Assembly: GCA_965603825.1 (NCBI GenBank) | Contig: CBFDEM010000033.1 | Coordinates: forward strand, 620,001-684,000 | DNA: 64,000 nt | Source of the DNA: Blepharisma stoltei ATCC 30299 | Lineage: Eukaryota > Protista > Ciliophora | Direction of reading: 5' to 3' | Shown: positions 1 to 11,357 of the stretch, piece by piece | Numbering within the stretch: position 1 is the stretch's first letter | How the letters are laid out: each line of letters begins with the position of its first letter | Program-made: the position numbers and the translations under genes | The notes under the pieces: generated by a model | Seen by the model: the letters and a program-made list of their open reading frames with translations, nothing else | The model's database searches: none | What the model was told of the DNA's origin: nothing

Positions 1-1245
1 CCAAAGGCCAAAAGCAATGCAAATGAAGGCGTGGAGACTATGGGTTTCAATGACCTCGTCACCTCTGACAAAGGTGAAGTCTTCTGGGAGGACATTCATG
101 GCTAAGAAGTAAAGGGCTGGGGTTAAGAGGATAGTGGAGATTAAGAGCTGGTATTTGAGGGTTCTTTCGATTTTGTCTTCACTGTCAACTTTCATGATGT
201 TTGTGGCGAAGAAACTGGTGAAAAAGGACACTACAATACCAGTGGCCGAAATCAATAGTGGGAAATAAAGTGCACACATGGTCTCTGTCAGTTCTACTGA
301 GGTAGCTGCAACGACAAGAGCGGCACAGCTGCTTTCAGCGAAGCTTCCAAATAAGTCTGAGCCCATACCTGCAATATCTCCAACGTTGTCTCCGACGTTA
401 TCTGCAATAGTTGCTGCATTTCTTGGGTCGTCTTCTTCAAGTCCTTCTTCTACTTTTCCTGCCAAGTCAGCTCCAACGTCAGCAGCTTTTGTGAAAATTC
501 CACCTCCGACTCTTCCAAACATGGCAATTGTGGATCCACCAAGGCCGTAGCCAGCAATGCACTCATACATGTGCCTGACTTTTTCGCTTTCATACTCTTC
601 ACCAAGGTAAAGATAATTGTAAGCTGTAATAAGCAACAGCAAATTAAGAAGGCCAAGGGAGTTAAGAATGAAGCCCAAAACAGCACCTCCTCTGAAGGCT
701 ACAATAAAGGCATTTGCAAGACCGTTTTCTCTGTTAATTGCGCTATAAGCAGTTCTGGAGTTTGCGAAGACTGCAACTCTCATCCCAATATATCCTGAAC
801 AAATACTTGTGGCAGCTCCCAGGACAAATGCGAAAACAGTCCAAAACTGTCCAATTTCTTCTTCAACCAAGACTGCAATGATGACTGAGAAGATTGCGAT
901 GAAAACAGCCAAAATCTTGTACTCCTCCATCAAGAAAGCTCTGGCGCCATCAGAGACTGCATGTGAAATGCGGTTCAGTGTATAGACGACCTGGTCCCAG
1001 TTCTCATGGTAAGGGCCCATTTCTTCATCAACCCATTCGGTCTCTCCTGTTCTCTTGTTCTTTTTTTCGACCCTTTCAGTTTTCATGCCAATAATTTCTT
1101 TCAGGTAGCGTGGGTCATTGCGATGATAGTCGCCAGATTCACCTACAGGGACTTTTGTGATCATCAGGATGTTGAAAATGCCATAGATAAGTCCAAGGAT
1201 AGTTGAACTTATAATAAACAGGTTAGTAGCCTCGTCTCCTAACAT
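1..1245 (-). CDS. V-type H+-translocating pyrophosphatase (5' part; runs off window start)
   Basis: ATG at 1245 (MLGDEATNLFIISST...). Contains the hallmark GGGIFTKAADVGADLAGKVEEGLEEDDPRNAATIADNVGDNVGDIAGMGSDLFGS. Absent from the ORF track because there is no stop in the window. Confidence 0.95.
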   Translation of the reverse strand, partial: MLGDEATNLFIISSTILGLIYGIFNILMITKVPVGESGDYHRNDPRYLKEIIGMKTERVEKKNKRTGETEWVDEEMGPYHENWDQVVYTLNRISHAVSDGARAFLMEEYKILAVFIAIFSVIIAVLVEEEIGQFWTVFAFVLGAATSICSGYIGMRVAVFANSRTAYSAINRENGLANAFIVAFRGGAVLGFILNSLGLLNLLLLITAYNYLYLGEEYESEKVRHMYECIAGYGLGGSTIAMFGRVGGGIFTKAADVGADLAGKVEEGLEEDDPRNAATIADNVGDNVGDIAGMGSDLFGSFAESSCAALVVAATSVELTETMCALYFPLLISATGIVVSFFTSFFATNIMKVDSEDKIERTLKYQLLISTILLTPALYFLAMNVLPEDFTFVRGDEVIETHSLHAFICIAFGLW

Positions 1246-1597
1246 TTATTATTATCCACTAGTGACATGAGACTTTTAGCATTAAAGAATTAAGTAAAAG
1301 GTAGTCTGAGAGAAGGCGAAAAGATTTAAATTTTTAGAAATCGGCTTAACGAATTTTGTGCCTGCAAATATTTTAATTATTTCCAGGCTATAAGTATGGT
1401 GATTCAAATTAGTGAATCAAAGATAATAGAAGATGGAATGAAAAAGCAAAACTGCTGGGATTGTAGAATGAAACAGATTAAATTTATTCAGCTAAATATG
1501 GATGAAACTTTGTACAGTGGGGATTTTATTATAGGGAATATCCTTTAGCTGTATGATTTTTAAATATGAATTCATAAGAAAACTTTTACCTATAAAA

Positions 1598-2365
1598 ATG
1601 AGCACATTTTTGTCAGACATGCGGAATACAGGAGGCAAAAAGACCATTGTCGACTCCCTTTCAAATCATTATAAGCACTTAAATACAATAAAACCCGTCG
1701 TTAACTCTTTTGACCCTCCACCAAAGCATGTGAATGCCAAATCTCGTCCAGCTTCAAAACAAAGCAACCTTTCTGAAGTAAAAGAAACTTTCCGACGTGT
1801 AAGCTCGGTGAAAAACTCAAAATCCTCTTTCTCAGCGCCAGAAACCTTTCACTTATCATCTAAATTAAGCCAAAATCGAGCAAAAAAGAAAAATTCTCAG
1901 ATTACAGATCATGAAAACAACATAAAAAGTATGCAGAGAAGAATAAATCGGATAGGAAGTGCAAGCGAAAGGAAGAAAAATCCTTATGACCCTATAGCTC
2001 ATCCTGCATTGCTTTTAAGAGATAGAGATGAAACTAATATTTATATGGTAACTGATGAATTTATGCAAAAGATGAACCAGCCTCCATCGATAAGCTCAGC
2101 TTATAATGAAATTGCAAATAATAATAAGCCAGTTATATCAGATAGGCAAAGAGAGCTACTTGAGGTGCCTTATATTAGATTAGCGGAGCCTGAGAAAGCT
2201 TTAGCATTGAAAAAAGAAATGCTTGAGATTATTGTAAGGAAAAGAATTTTAAGCCAGCAAGACCTTGAAAAGTTTTGCAGCTTGGTAAGAGAACGAAATT
2301 CTCATATAAAATCATCAGAAATTGATGAAGCTATAAACTTTGTAATAAATCAAGTGGCTTCTTAA
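1598..2365 (+). CDS. Hypothetical protein, possibly SPATA7-like ciliary protein
   Basis: Clean ORF; the second ATG follows an A-rich leader. N-terminal 'LSNHYKHLNTIKPVVNS' and C-terminal helical 'EIIVRKRILSQQDLEKF...RNSHIK' recall SPATA7 conserved blocks (by eye only). Confidence 0.45.
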   Translation: MSTFLSDMRNTGGKKTIVDSLSNHYKHLNTIKPVVNSFDPPPKHVNAKSRPASKQSNLSEVKETFRRVSSVKNSKSSFSAPETFHLSSKLSQNRAKKKNSQITDHENNIKSMQRRINRIGSASERKKNPYDPIAHPALLLRDRDETNIYMVTDEFMQKMNQPPSISSAYNEIANNNKPVISDRQRELLEVPYIRLAEPEKALALKKEMLEIIVRKRILSQQDLEKFCSLVRERNSHIKSSEIDEAINFVINQVAS

Positions 2366-2549
2366 TTGCTAAACTCATAAATTTATCATATATATTATAT
2401 CCAGAATAGCCATAAACATGCAAATGTTCATTTGCTTATCTGCTTTTTACACAGACTAGCTTTCCATATATGAATCGGTCTGAAAAGCGAAAATCCACCT
2501 TTTAAGCACATATAGCATTACTTTCATCAATATAAAAACGTATCCCAAA

Positions 2550-5411
2550 ATGGTAGAATCCAGTTACAACAGCTCTTCAAAGATCCACAAAATGATTGAG
2601 TACCGCACAATTTATCCTTTGTGTGTAGGCTTGATCCTTGCTTCTGTAATAGCAATAATAATTCTTTACTCTTCGGAATACCATTGAGTTAAAGATGTGA
2701 AAGACTATATAATAGCCCAAGAAATTAATCATCTTTTAAGAGCTTCAATAGCAAGAGGATTAATTTTCGGCTCACTTTTTTCAACTGTGAAATCCATTTA
2801 GAACATTGCCCAGCTTCAATTAATTAGAGGAGTTTTTGATGGTAGTTTAAGCGGAACTATCAAATCAAATGACAATCTAGCAGATCCAAATGCAGTAGAT
2901 GCCAGAAACCCTGGAAATATTGATTTTAATGCTAGTGGTATTTCTGATTATGTGTTTTCTGACACCTCACGAACTCTCTCAAGCTCTACTTATTATAACC
3001 AGCTAAAACTGCTTGATATACTTTTGAATACAGTAAACCCACTCTATAAAGGAGCAATTTTGCAATTAGGCTTAATAATGGAGCAAGACCATTTAGATTA
3101 TAGACACCCAGTCCAAAATATGAGCTATGTACAAGGCTCCAGTTTTAACTTTTCTGATACTTGTGGAAAAGAAAATGTGCCATTTGACCCTATATGTACA
3201 AAAACATATTATTGGCTAAAAAATAATCCTAATAGAAATGCTACAGTTTCTTATGAATACTCAGTGATTCCTACTTATTTAGATACTGATTTTGGGGCTT
3301 CTATACTGGTGAGTCATAAAGATATGATTAAAGATTGAATGAATCCATATGAATATTATACGTATTTTATTACAAGTAACTATGGAGAGCTTGTTTTGGC
3401 TTTAAATCAAAAAGATATTGACCAAATTTTCTCTTACAATTTGTCATATAATTTATTTCCAGACGACTATTTCTTAGCTCAAAGAGCTGCACCTACTCTG
3501 CAGGCTATAATCAATGCGAAAAGTACAAGCAGCTCTGTTTTTGATGGTCTGAATTCTCGATATTACGTCGCAGTAACAAATATGAACATCACTTTAAGCA
3601 CCCGAAAATATCCAGGCTATGAAGACTCCTTTTCAGCTGGAGTCATGATCAGTCGAGCCGCTCTATTTATTGACTGATACGACACATTAGACACAATAGA
3701 AAATACCATCATAATCCAAATGGTTATTTTTATTTGCTTTGTATTCCTCACCATTATTATCGCTGTTAGACTTTCTAAGTCAATTACCCATAGAGTTACT
3801 TATCCTTTATGGCAACTTGAACAATACTTGCTTGGCAAAATAAAACTGATTCATACCCATATTCGGTTTAATAGAGAAACCAACACTATTGTAAAATCCC
3901 TTAATTTAATTGAAGATATAGAAAAACTTATAGACCCCCATTATTTGCTGCACCCAAGAATCGAGGAAAGGCTGCAGAATTTAGAAATCGTAGAAATGAT
4001 TTATACAAAAATTGGGAATTTAAGAGGAATTGCTATTACTTCAAATTTAATTGGAAATATTTTTTATGATAATGGACAATATAGGAAAGCAATTGAAAAA
4101 TATAAAGAATCACTAGAAATAACAGTAAAAATATTAGAAGGTGTAGAAGAACAAGAAAAGGAGGAATCTGAGCTAAATGAACAAGAAAGAATAAAAGAAG
4201 GCTTTGTGTATTCTGGCTGGAAAGCAGAAAAAGATTTTTTAATTGATGATATCAATAATAGAAAACTGCAGCTATGTATGGCTATGAGGGCAAACTTAAA
4301 AGTTACAACCGCACCAATAACTGATTTACGAACTGAGTGGAAAGAAGTGCTTAACCTTCAAACCAGCGTCCTCCAGCACTACATCCAAACTTCTTCAAAT
4401 TTTTTACAGTTAATCAGACTTCTTATAGATATGTCAATTTCTTTTCAGTCCCTCCAATACTTCCACTCAGCAATTGAAATTTTAAATATTGTCCATGATG
4501 AGCTTGAAAAGCTTGACCAAAGCAGTCCTGAGTTCATTGATATTGACATTGCCAGACTTAAGAGAATTGGGGTCAATCTGCAAGATAGCTTAACAACGAC
4601 GTCAAGTTTTTTTAACGTCACAGATATTACTTATCAAAAAGACGTTTTAAAGCAGTTCATGTATTATAGAAAAGGAATCATCTTTAAAGAGCAAGACAAG
4701 TTCCAAGAATCAGCAGCATCTTTTACCTTGGCTATCGAAAGAGGAGAGTATTATGACCCTGAAATCCGAACACTCTGCATAGAAGAACTTAACCGCATGA
4801 TGAATAAGTTTTCAATAAAAACTGGAATCGATGAACTCAAAAGAATGCACCATAATATCAAATATTCAAAAAAATCAATAGTCTTCATTTTAAGCTATAA
4901 AATCAACTCCAACCCGAAGCTAAATAAAAAACTTATTAAGTTTGTGAATAAAGAAATAGGCCAAAAAAGGGACCAATTTGGAGTAGTATGCATGAATTCG
5001 AAAATAAAAAATATTTTAGACGTGGCTCCAAGAGATATGCCAGAAGTTGATTTGGAGCATTTATTATTTCAGATAGCAGCAAGAGCAGATGGAGAAGAAT
5101 TGGATCATATTTATGATTTAATTATGTGTGGGTTTAATTGTTTTCCTGTTGATACTCTTGATAAACATATAGTTGCCTTTGTTGGTCCAAGTGATGCAGA
5201 TGTTGGGGCTTCTTATTTAAAAGACCTTGAAGAAATTACTGCAAGAAAAATCCAAATTATCGTGATTTTTATAGAAACGCTAGTCGACTCAGATTTTCGG
5301 AATTTTTTAGAAAACAATGACTGCAAAATATTTATTTGTGACAAAATAAGCCAATTAAATGAAATATTGGAAGAAGTCAAAAGCCTCCTGTTTGGGAGAT
5401 CTTTAATATAA
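2550..5411 (+). CDS. Membrane sensor-like protein: TM, extracellular (Cache-like) region, TM, HAMP-like linker, TPR, vWA-like C-terminus (~948 aa)
   Basis: One frame from ATG 2550 once intron 2787-2801 is removed and three TGA are read as Trp; this joins track ORFs 2952, 3339 and 3720. Two hydrophobic helices, 'VTYPLWQL' HAMP-like motif, TPR 'SNLIGNIFYDNGQYRKAIEKY'. Confidence 0.7.
2787..2801 (+). other. 15-nt spliceosomal intron
   Basis: gtgaaatccatttag; removal eliminates an in-frame TAG. Confidence 0.85.
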
Positions 5412-5435
5412 TTTTATTGAGCTAAATATGTTAGA

Positions 5436-5993
5436 TTATTCTGTCTTTGTCCACTGAATCACTTCTTTTATTGTATTGTGATTGGTAAATATACATAAAT
5501 CTCCAGCAATCTTCATAGCTTTTTCAGCAATTTCTTCAGCATCTAGTGTTGTAGACTCTATAAGCGCTCTAGCTGCAGACACAGCAAAAAGGCCGCCTGA
5601 GCCAATTCCTATAACTCCTCCATCAACTTCTACTACATTTCCAGTGCCATCTAGCTCTATCAAATTGTTCTGATCCACTACAATAAGAGATGCTTCAAGG
5701 TGTTTTAAGTATTTTTCTGTGCGCCATGCTTTAGCAACACTTACACACGCCCTTAAAGTCTGGCTTGGGTATTTTTCTAATTGTCCTTCAAGCCTGTCTA
5801 CAAGAGTTAGAGCATCTGCAGCATTTCCAGCGAATCCGCACAACACATTATCCCCGATCTTTCTGACTTTTTTAGCGTTATTTTTGAACACTGTGTTTCC
5901 AAGAGAAACTTGTCCGTCCCCGATTATGACAGCTTTATTGTACCTTTGAACAGCCAGAATTGTTGTGCTCACCCACTTCAATTTGCCAGACAT
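5436..5993 (-). CDS. hslV: HslV/ClpQ ATP-dependent protease peptidase subunit
   Basis: TTILAV N-terminal Thr nucleophile; [49 protein letters not shown]. Confidence 0.95.
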   Translation of the reverse strand: MSGKLKWVSTTILAVQRYNKAVIIGDGQVSLGNTVFKNNAKKVRKIGDNVLCGFAGNAADALTLVDRLEGQLEKYPSQTLRACVSVAKAWRTEKYLKHLEASLIVVDQNNLIELDGTGNVVEVDGGVIGIGSGGLFAVSAARALIESTTLDAEEIAEKAMKIAGDLCIFTNHNTIKEVIQWTKTE

Positions 5994-6114
5994 TTTAATG
6001 CTAAATTCTATTCGTAAACCTAAAGATAAATTTAAGGATTTATGAAGAGCGGTGTCTAAGCTCTATTGGAGTTTTTTATATGAAAATAATTTATTTTTCT
6101 CTTTTAGAATTATA

Positions 6115-6858
6115 TTAATCCCTGACTCTAAAGTCAGCGAATTTCCCTTTTTCTTTTATCCTTCTCTCATAGTCCTCTATAAACTGATCAATGCTTTCAC
6201 TCCCCATCTCTGCAGCTAATTTACTAAACGAAAAAAGCCACTCATCCAAATTCACTTTTCCAGGCTTACAAATGCTTACATCCCTAATAAAATCACTCGC
6301 GTCCTTCCTCGCTGCGTCTTCTGGCAAGTCATCTTCTAAAAACCTGTTGAATTTTGTGCTTTTCGCAATATCAAGCTGCCCAGTCCCATCTCCATCAATG
6401 TCGTCAAATATTTGATTTAGCCTTTTCCGTTGGTTTTCATTAAGCAGCCTATAAGAATCTCTGTCCTTGTTTATTGCTCACAGTAAAGGCTTCATTTCTT
6501 GATTTAAATCTTCTGGTTTTTGCCCATTTGCATTTACAGCTGAAGGATCTGCGTTGTTCAGCATAAATAAAAGAATGATTTCTTTGCTTCCTCGTTCTAC
6601 TGCAATGTGGAGAGGAGTATTTCCTCTGATATTTGAGATGTTGAGGGCTGAGCCTTGAGAAAGCAAAAAACGAGCGATATTTAGCTGCTCATCGTTGCTG
6701 CAACTGTAAATGGCTGTACTGCCATTTCGGTCTTTATGGTTTAAATCTACACCTTGGTTAATTAATTTTTTTATGTCGTCAATTGAGCCTTTTTGTATTG
6801 CGCTGATCAGCTGATCGTCAAGAGTTTGGCGTATCGGAGATTTTGACTCTTCTACCAT
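6115..6858 (-). CDS. Ankyrin-repeat plus EF-hand protein (247 aa)
   Basis: TGA at 6478-6480 read as Trp joins the ankyrin ORF (GNTPLHIAV) to EF-hand DIDGDGTGQLD and track ORF 6115-6327 in frame. Confidence 0.85.
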
Positions 6859-7497
6859 TTTTGAGAAAGTGTAATGATTTTATAATGCGAGGACTAGCAA
6901 TTAGGCTTTATACAATCTCTTTGATAGTAAGATACCTTAAGAAGTAATTATTTTAAAAGAAAAATTGCCTTTAAGAAAGGTCAACGAGATAAGGAAATTA
7001 TTGAGTGCTTAATATTGGAAGAATGTATCACAATGTCTGGCCTGGGCCAAAAAGTTGACACAGGAATGAGTTGTGAATGTAAATATATAAATTGATCAGT
7101 GAAAAATTGTCCTCAAGATCAGATGGTTGATCCAAAGATTTCATCATTTAAGTTCTATAGGTGTCTCATACTTTTGACTCAGATACTTTCAATAAGGGCA
7201 CCGGTAAGTGACCTGACCTAAGTCTGAAAGCAGCCTTAAGGAGCATGAATTTTGCTATGCCATTTGATAAATCCGAGCAGGCTTGAAATAAAACATTTCT
7301 CTGCACAGATGTTTGCAATGGCCCATTTTTATTATAAATCACACAATTTTATTGAATTTCTGGATAAAATATAAATTGTTTATACAATATTTAAGTATTC
7401 TTACTATTGAATAATTTTAATACTCTATATAAAAGCAAATATAATTAACTATATAGGTCTAATAAATTTTGCTTCTGATTAAGCCGATTTAATGTAT

Positions 7498-8343
7498 TTA
7501 TTGAAGATATTGCCTGGGTCCCTGCTGCGCTTTATACCACAATAGATTAGAAAAATTATCCACACACATACACGAAATTGACGAATTCCCATCAAAATAC
7601 CCAGCAATAGTCCAATTAAGCATTTCATATGAATTAAATGGTCCTTGTATTTCATTCGAAGAATCCTTATAAAATCATATACTTTCAAATGCTTTTGAAT
7701 TTTCAGTAGGCTCCATTTGGCCATTGCGGCTTTCTATACTGTTCTCATGGATGATTTTAGCGAATGGATTTCCTTCCTTAACCTTTTTTTCTAGCAAGTC
7801 TTTTGGATACACTATAATGGATGATGCAGGGACCTGAAAATTTACCCTTATAAAGTTATCCATGCGGCTGTCATGGAAAACTAATTCTTCATTTTGACTT
7901 TCAGGATCATTTTCATTGCTTTTTGTATTCGGCTCTTTAAACTGATTAAACATATCATCTATATTGATCTTTTGGCCTACAAGTGTCGGCTTTTTTGATT
8001 TTTTGCCTTTAGCTGTTTCTTTACGCTGTTGGGATCTGGCATTTTTATTTGTGTTTGGGTTATTTTGTGGAGCAGCACTTGAGTTTTTTCTTTCTTTTGA
8101 AATGTGCCTTTCAGGGATTGTTTCAGTAAGATTTTCTGCTGTCGGTTTTAATATAGGTAGATTGCATTCTTGAGTAGTCACAGTATCTAAACTTTTTACC
8201 TCTTCGAATTTTGGAGGATAAGAAATTTGAAAATAATTAAGGATTGTATCACGACTATACTTAATTGGAGACCTCTTCTTTGCCTTTTTTTTCTTCTTAG
8301 GTTTTGTTTTTGGCACTGTCTTAAGAGCTTGGATATCAGACAT
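7498..8343 (-). CDS. GYF-domain protein with N-terminal eIF4E-binding-like motif (GIGYF/Smy2-like, 281 aa)
   Basis: Reading through TGA 7675-7677 gives W-FYKDSSNEIQGPFNSYEMLNWTIAGYF (GYF consensus), ending at TAA 7498. KYSRDTIL motif near the N-terminus. Confidence 0.85.
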
Positions 8344-8811
8344 TTATGTTGTCTAATCACGATAATAGGAAAGTTAAAAATTTGAGGTAAATCAAAAATT
8401 TGCCGTCATAAATTTAGTTTAAATAGTCTTCTCAGCCTTCAGAAACCAAAATTAAATATGAAATGTTCCATAGTTTGTTATCGGAAAAGCAAAGGACTGG
8501 TAATAGCTATTTGGGTAAAAATAATCCTAAATATTATGAAAAATTGATATATAAGATTATCTTAAAAAGCTACATTATAGTTTAAATACCTTTCAAGCCT
8601 AATAATTTTTTATTATTTCAATATTTTTAGTTTCTGAGACTGCTTCACAACAATGGCTACTCATTAAATCTAAAAATTTGTTCTTATAAGAATAATTCAA
8701 TATAAGATTAAATTTTCAGATAAAAATTATTTTTATTTTCACACAAAGATTGGCCAAAAAATCCTAATTCATTTTAAAAGATCTATAATAGTTACCTCAA
8801 AACATAAATTG

Positions 8812-10266
8812 ATGGAAGATCATTACTATGAGTGGCTTTTATCTACTTTGCACGAGAAAAAAGCTTCAATCCGCGTCCTCGAAACAGGAATCTGCCGAGG
8901 CGACAAGCTAAAAGCTTGGTACGCAAACGATGAAGCTGGAAAAATAATAGAGAAATCTGCCAAAAATCTAAATACACGATTTATGCTGACTAATTTTCTG
9001 AATATGCGAGCTCCAATCCTTTATGAATATGAGCCTGATAAAGTAATAGTCTATCTTTACCATACCCGAGGCCGTAAAGTTCTTACAGCACGAGACATAG
9101 TCGATCTTTCGAAAAACCAGCTCCATGGTTTACAAGTCAGGAGTATTCATATGGCCTTATTAGAAACATATTCACGAAACATTCTCAAAGTAAAAGTCTG
9201 ACAAGAATCAGGAGAGCTGCGAAGCGAAATCATGATAGGAAAATTCTATAAAGAAGGTGGAAGGCCTGTCAAAGATATGGCAATTATTGAAAAAACTGAA
9301 GCTTTTACTATATTTATTGCTGAGTTTATTTATCAATTTACTAATGAATTGATACAGAAGCTACAATATGACCTTGAAATTGATGGGAGTGGGCATGTAT
9401 ATTTGATAAGGGTAAATATGATGGAATATGTTAAACAAAGCTTAAAAAAAGAAACGGTCACTATGTCTATGCTTGAAATGCCTAGACAGTCACAAAGAAG
9501 GGTCACGCTAAGATATACTGAGCCTGTTTCTGAAGACGAAGAAGACGATAAAATTGGTATGAATTTAATGCCAATCCCTTCATACAAATCCTTAAAAAAA
9601 CAAAAAGATAATACTGCAAAGCTTAAGCTGGATTTAAATCACCCACAAAAAGAACACAGTCCTCTCTTTATAGACATGATGGCCAAGACTTTTGAAAAAA
9701 TAAGGCTTAATGGGATTTTTAAAGAAAAAATTGACATGAAAAGAAAGCTGCTAGAAACAAGCACAAGCTACAAAATCCCAGCACTTGACTTGAATTTTAT
9801 TAAAAAAATCCGCAAAGAAACAAAAAAAATTAAAACTTTGAAAGATTTAATAAACACTTTAGGAGCTGAAAGACTAGAAAAAAAGACGAAAGAGTTCGAA
9901 GAAATCAATGAGCTGCACGAAATCAATATAAATCAGCAGCTGGCGTTTACACCTCTGCCAACTTCAAAAATGGCAACCCCAAAACCATCTGATTTAGAAT
10001 TAACGACTGCATTAGCTTCACAGGCTTATTTAACAGAAAGAATAAATTCCCAGCAAGACCCAATTTCACCAACCAATGTATACAAAAAAGGACTAAACAC
10101 CAGTCGATTACTTCAGCTTTATATAGAAGAAAAAGACATGCTTTATTCCCACAAGTACTCTAACACCCCTTATCAAAGAGGCTCAAGCTTTTCTCGATCC
10201 TCAAGGAGGATTGGGCTAAATTCCCCATTAACAGCAAGATCAGCACGTAGGAATTTGGATTTTTAA
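8812..10266 (+). CDS. Hypothetical protein (484 aa)
   Basis: Track ORFs 8809-9201 and 9232-10266 are in frame across one TGA; no family recognised. Confidence 0.75.
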
Positions 10267-10289
10267 TGTAAACTAAATTTCTAATAAAT

Positions 10290-10934
10290 ATGATCTTTAA
10301 GTTTGCCTTGCTATTTTTAGCGTACTTTGGGTCATGTGATGACGATTTTGATATTCCTGAGCTTGGGTCATCATTAAAAGCGTCTTATAAGCTTATGCAT
10401 TCTTATGACGGCAAAAACTGGGAAGAAAGAGGCACAATTACTATTACTTCACATGGTGATAAAAGAAGAAAGCCTTTAATTTCCATCAAAAACCACAGCT
10501 TTAACAAAGAAAAACTAGACCTTGATGGACTATATTATGTAGGGATTTATAAAGATGAGGACTCAAAGCTGCTTATACAGTCTGCGATAAGGACTTGTAA
10601 TCTTGTTGCTGCTGATCTGCTTGATAATGTTTCGGTTTATTTAGATTTAGAAAAAGGACAGATTTTGGCTGTGAATTATCAGGCATCGCTGGCTGGATGT
10701 GCTTATTCAACGTCTGCAGCTTTTCCACAGACCACAATGGAAGTGGGGATGGTTAAAGAAGCTTTGAAGCCAATTTATACACTTCCAAAAGTGGAAGACC
10801 CACAAGAACAACAGTCATTTTTCAGAAAATATGTAAGGATTATGTAGTGGTGGGTATTTTTGATAGGATTCTTTATTATGATGAACTCTGCAGGGAATCC
10901 ACAAGCTCAAGGCCAAGGACAAGCTCAAGGTTAA
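10290..10934 (+). CDS. EMC10: ER membrane protein complex subunit 10 (209 aa)
   Basis: Signal peptide, 'WEERGTI' block, and 'QSFFRKY|WWVFLIGFFIMM' TM restored by intron 10833-10847. Confidence 0.85.
10833..10847 (+). other. 15-nt spliceosomal intron
   Basis: gtaaggattatgtag; splicing restores the EMC10 SFF.KYW motif. Confidence 0.92.
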
Positions 10935-11357
10935 AAACTAATTTTATTAACAAATATAGACGAGCATTAAGAAATTTTTAAACTATTGAAATAATGCATT
11001 CAAATTTTCCCACATATTTTATGATTAAAAATTACGAAGTAAGAAAATTGTATAATTGACTCTTTATTCTATTTGGCACAATAGAAATATTCTGCAAGTA
11101 ATAAAATAAATAATGATGCCTTTCTAATCCTTCTATAGTTGTAGCTTTTCTACTTGCAGTCTGCATTTTCTTATTAAAATCTCAGATCTTTCCAATAAAT
11201 TTCTCAAATTCTTGCCAAATCCCCAAATTTTTATCAATCTTCTTATCCTTCTATCCCCTCCTAATCTCTTTCTCACATATCCAGCCTTTTTGCCCACTTT
11301 GCAAAGAAGAGAGGTGTAAAATGGCAGATAGCCATAATAAATATTGAGAGCTTAAGT

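Noticed and set aside
278-1206. Short plus- and minus-strand track ORFs over 278-1206
   Set aside because: Antisense or off-frame shadows of the H+-PPase gene. The same applies to the many short ORFs nested in PABP, Dopey, LRRCC1-like, DDX54 and others.
7033-7337. Possible small plus-strand gene (MSGLGQKVDTG... and a second frame ...WNKTFLCTDVCNGPFLL)
   Set aside because: The two segments are out of frame, no consensus 15/16-nt intron joins them, and no motif is recognisable.
7479-7724. Track ORF of 81 aa
   Set aside because: Off-frame overlap with the GYF domain revealed by UGA=Trp.
11100-11340. Pyrimidine-rich region upstream of PABP with a GCCTTTT motif (U5 snRNA/snoRNA or small minus-strand gene?)
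   Set aside because: Lacks the exact U5 loop (GCCUUUUAC), Sm site and C/D boxes, and has no ATG-initiated frame of useful length; probably leader or promoter.
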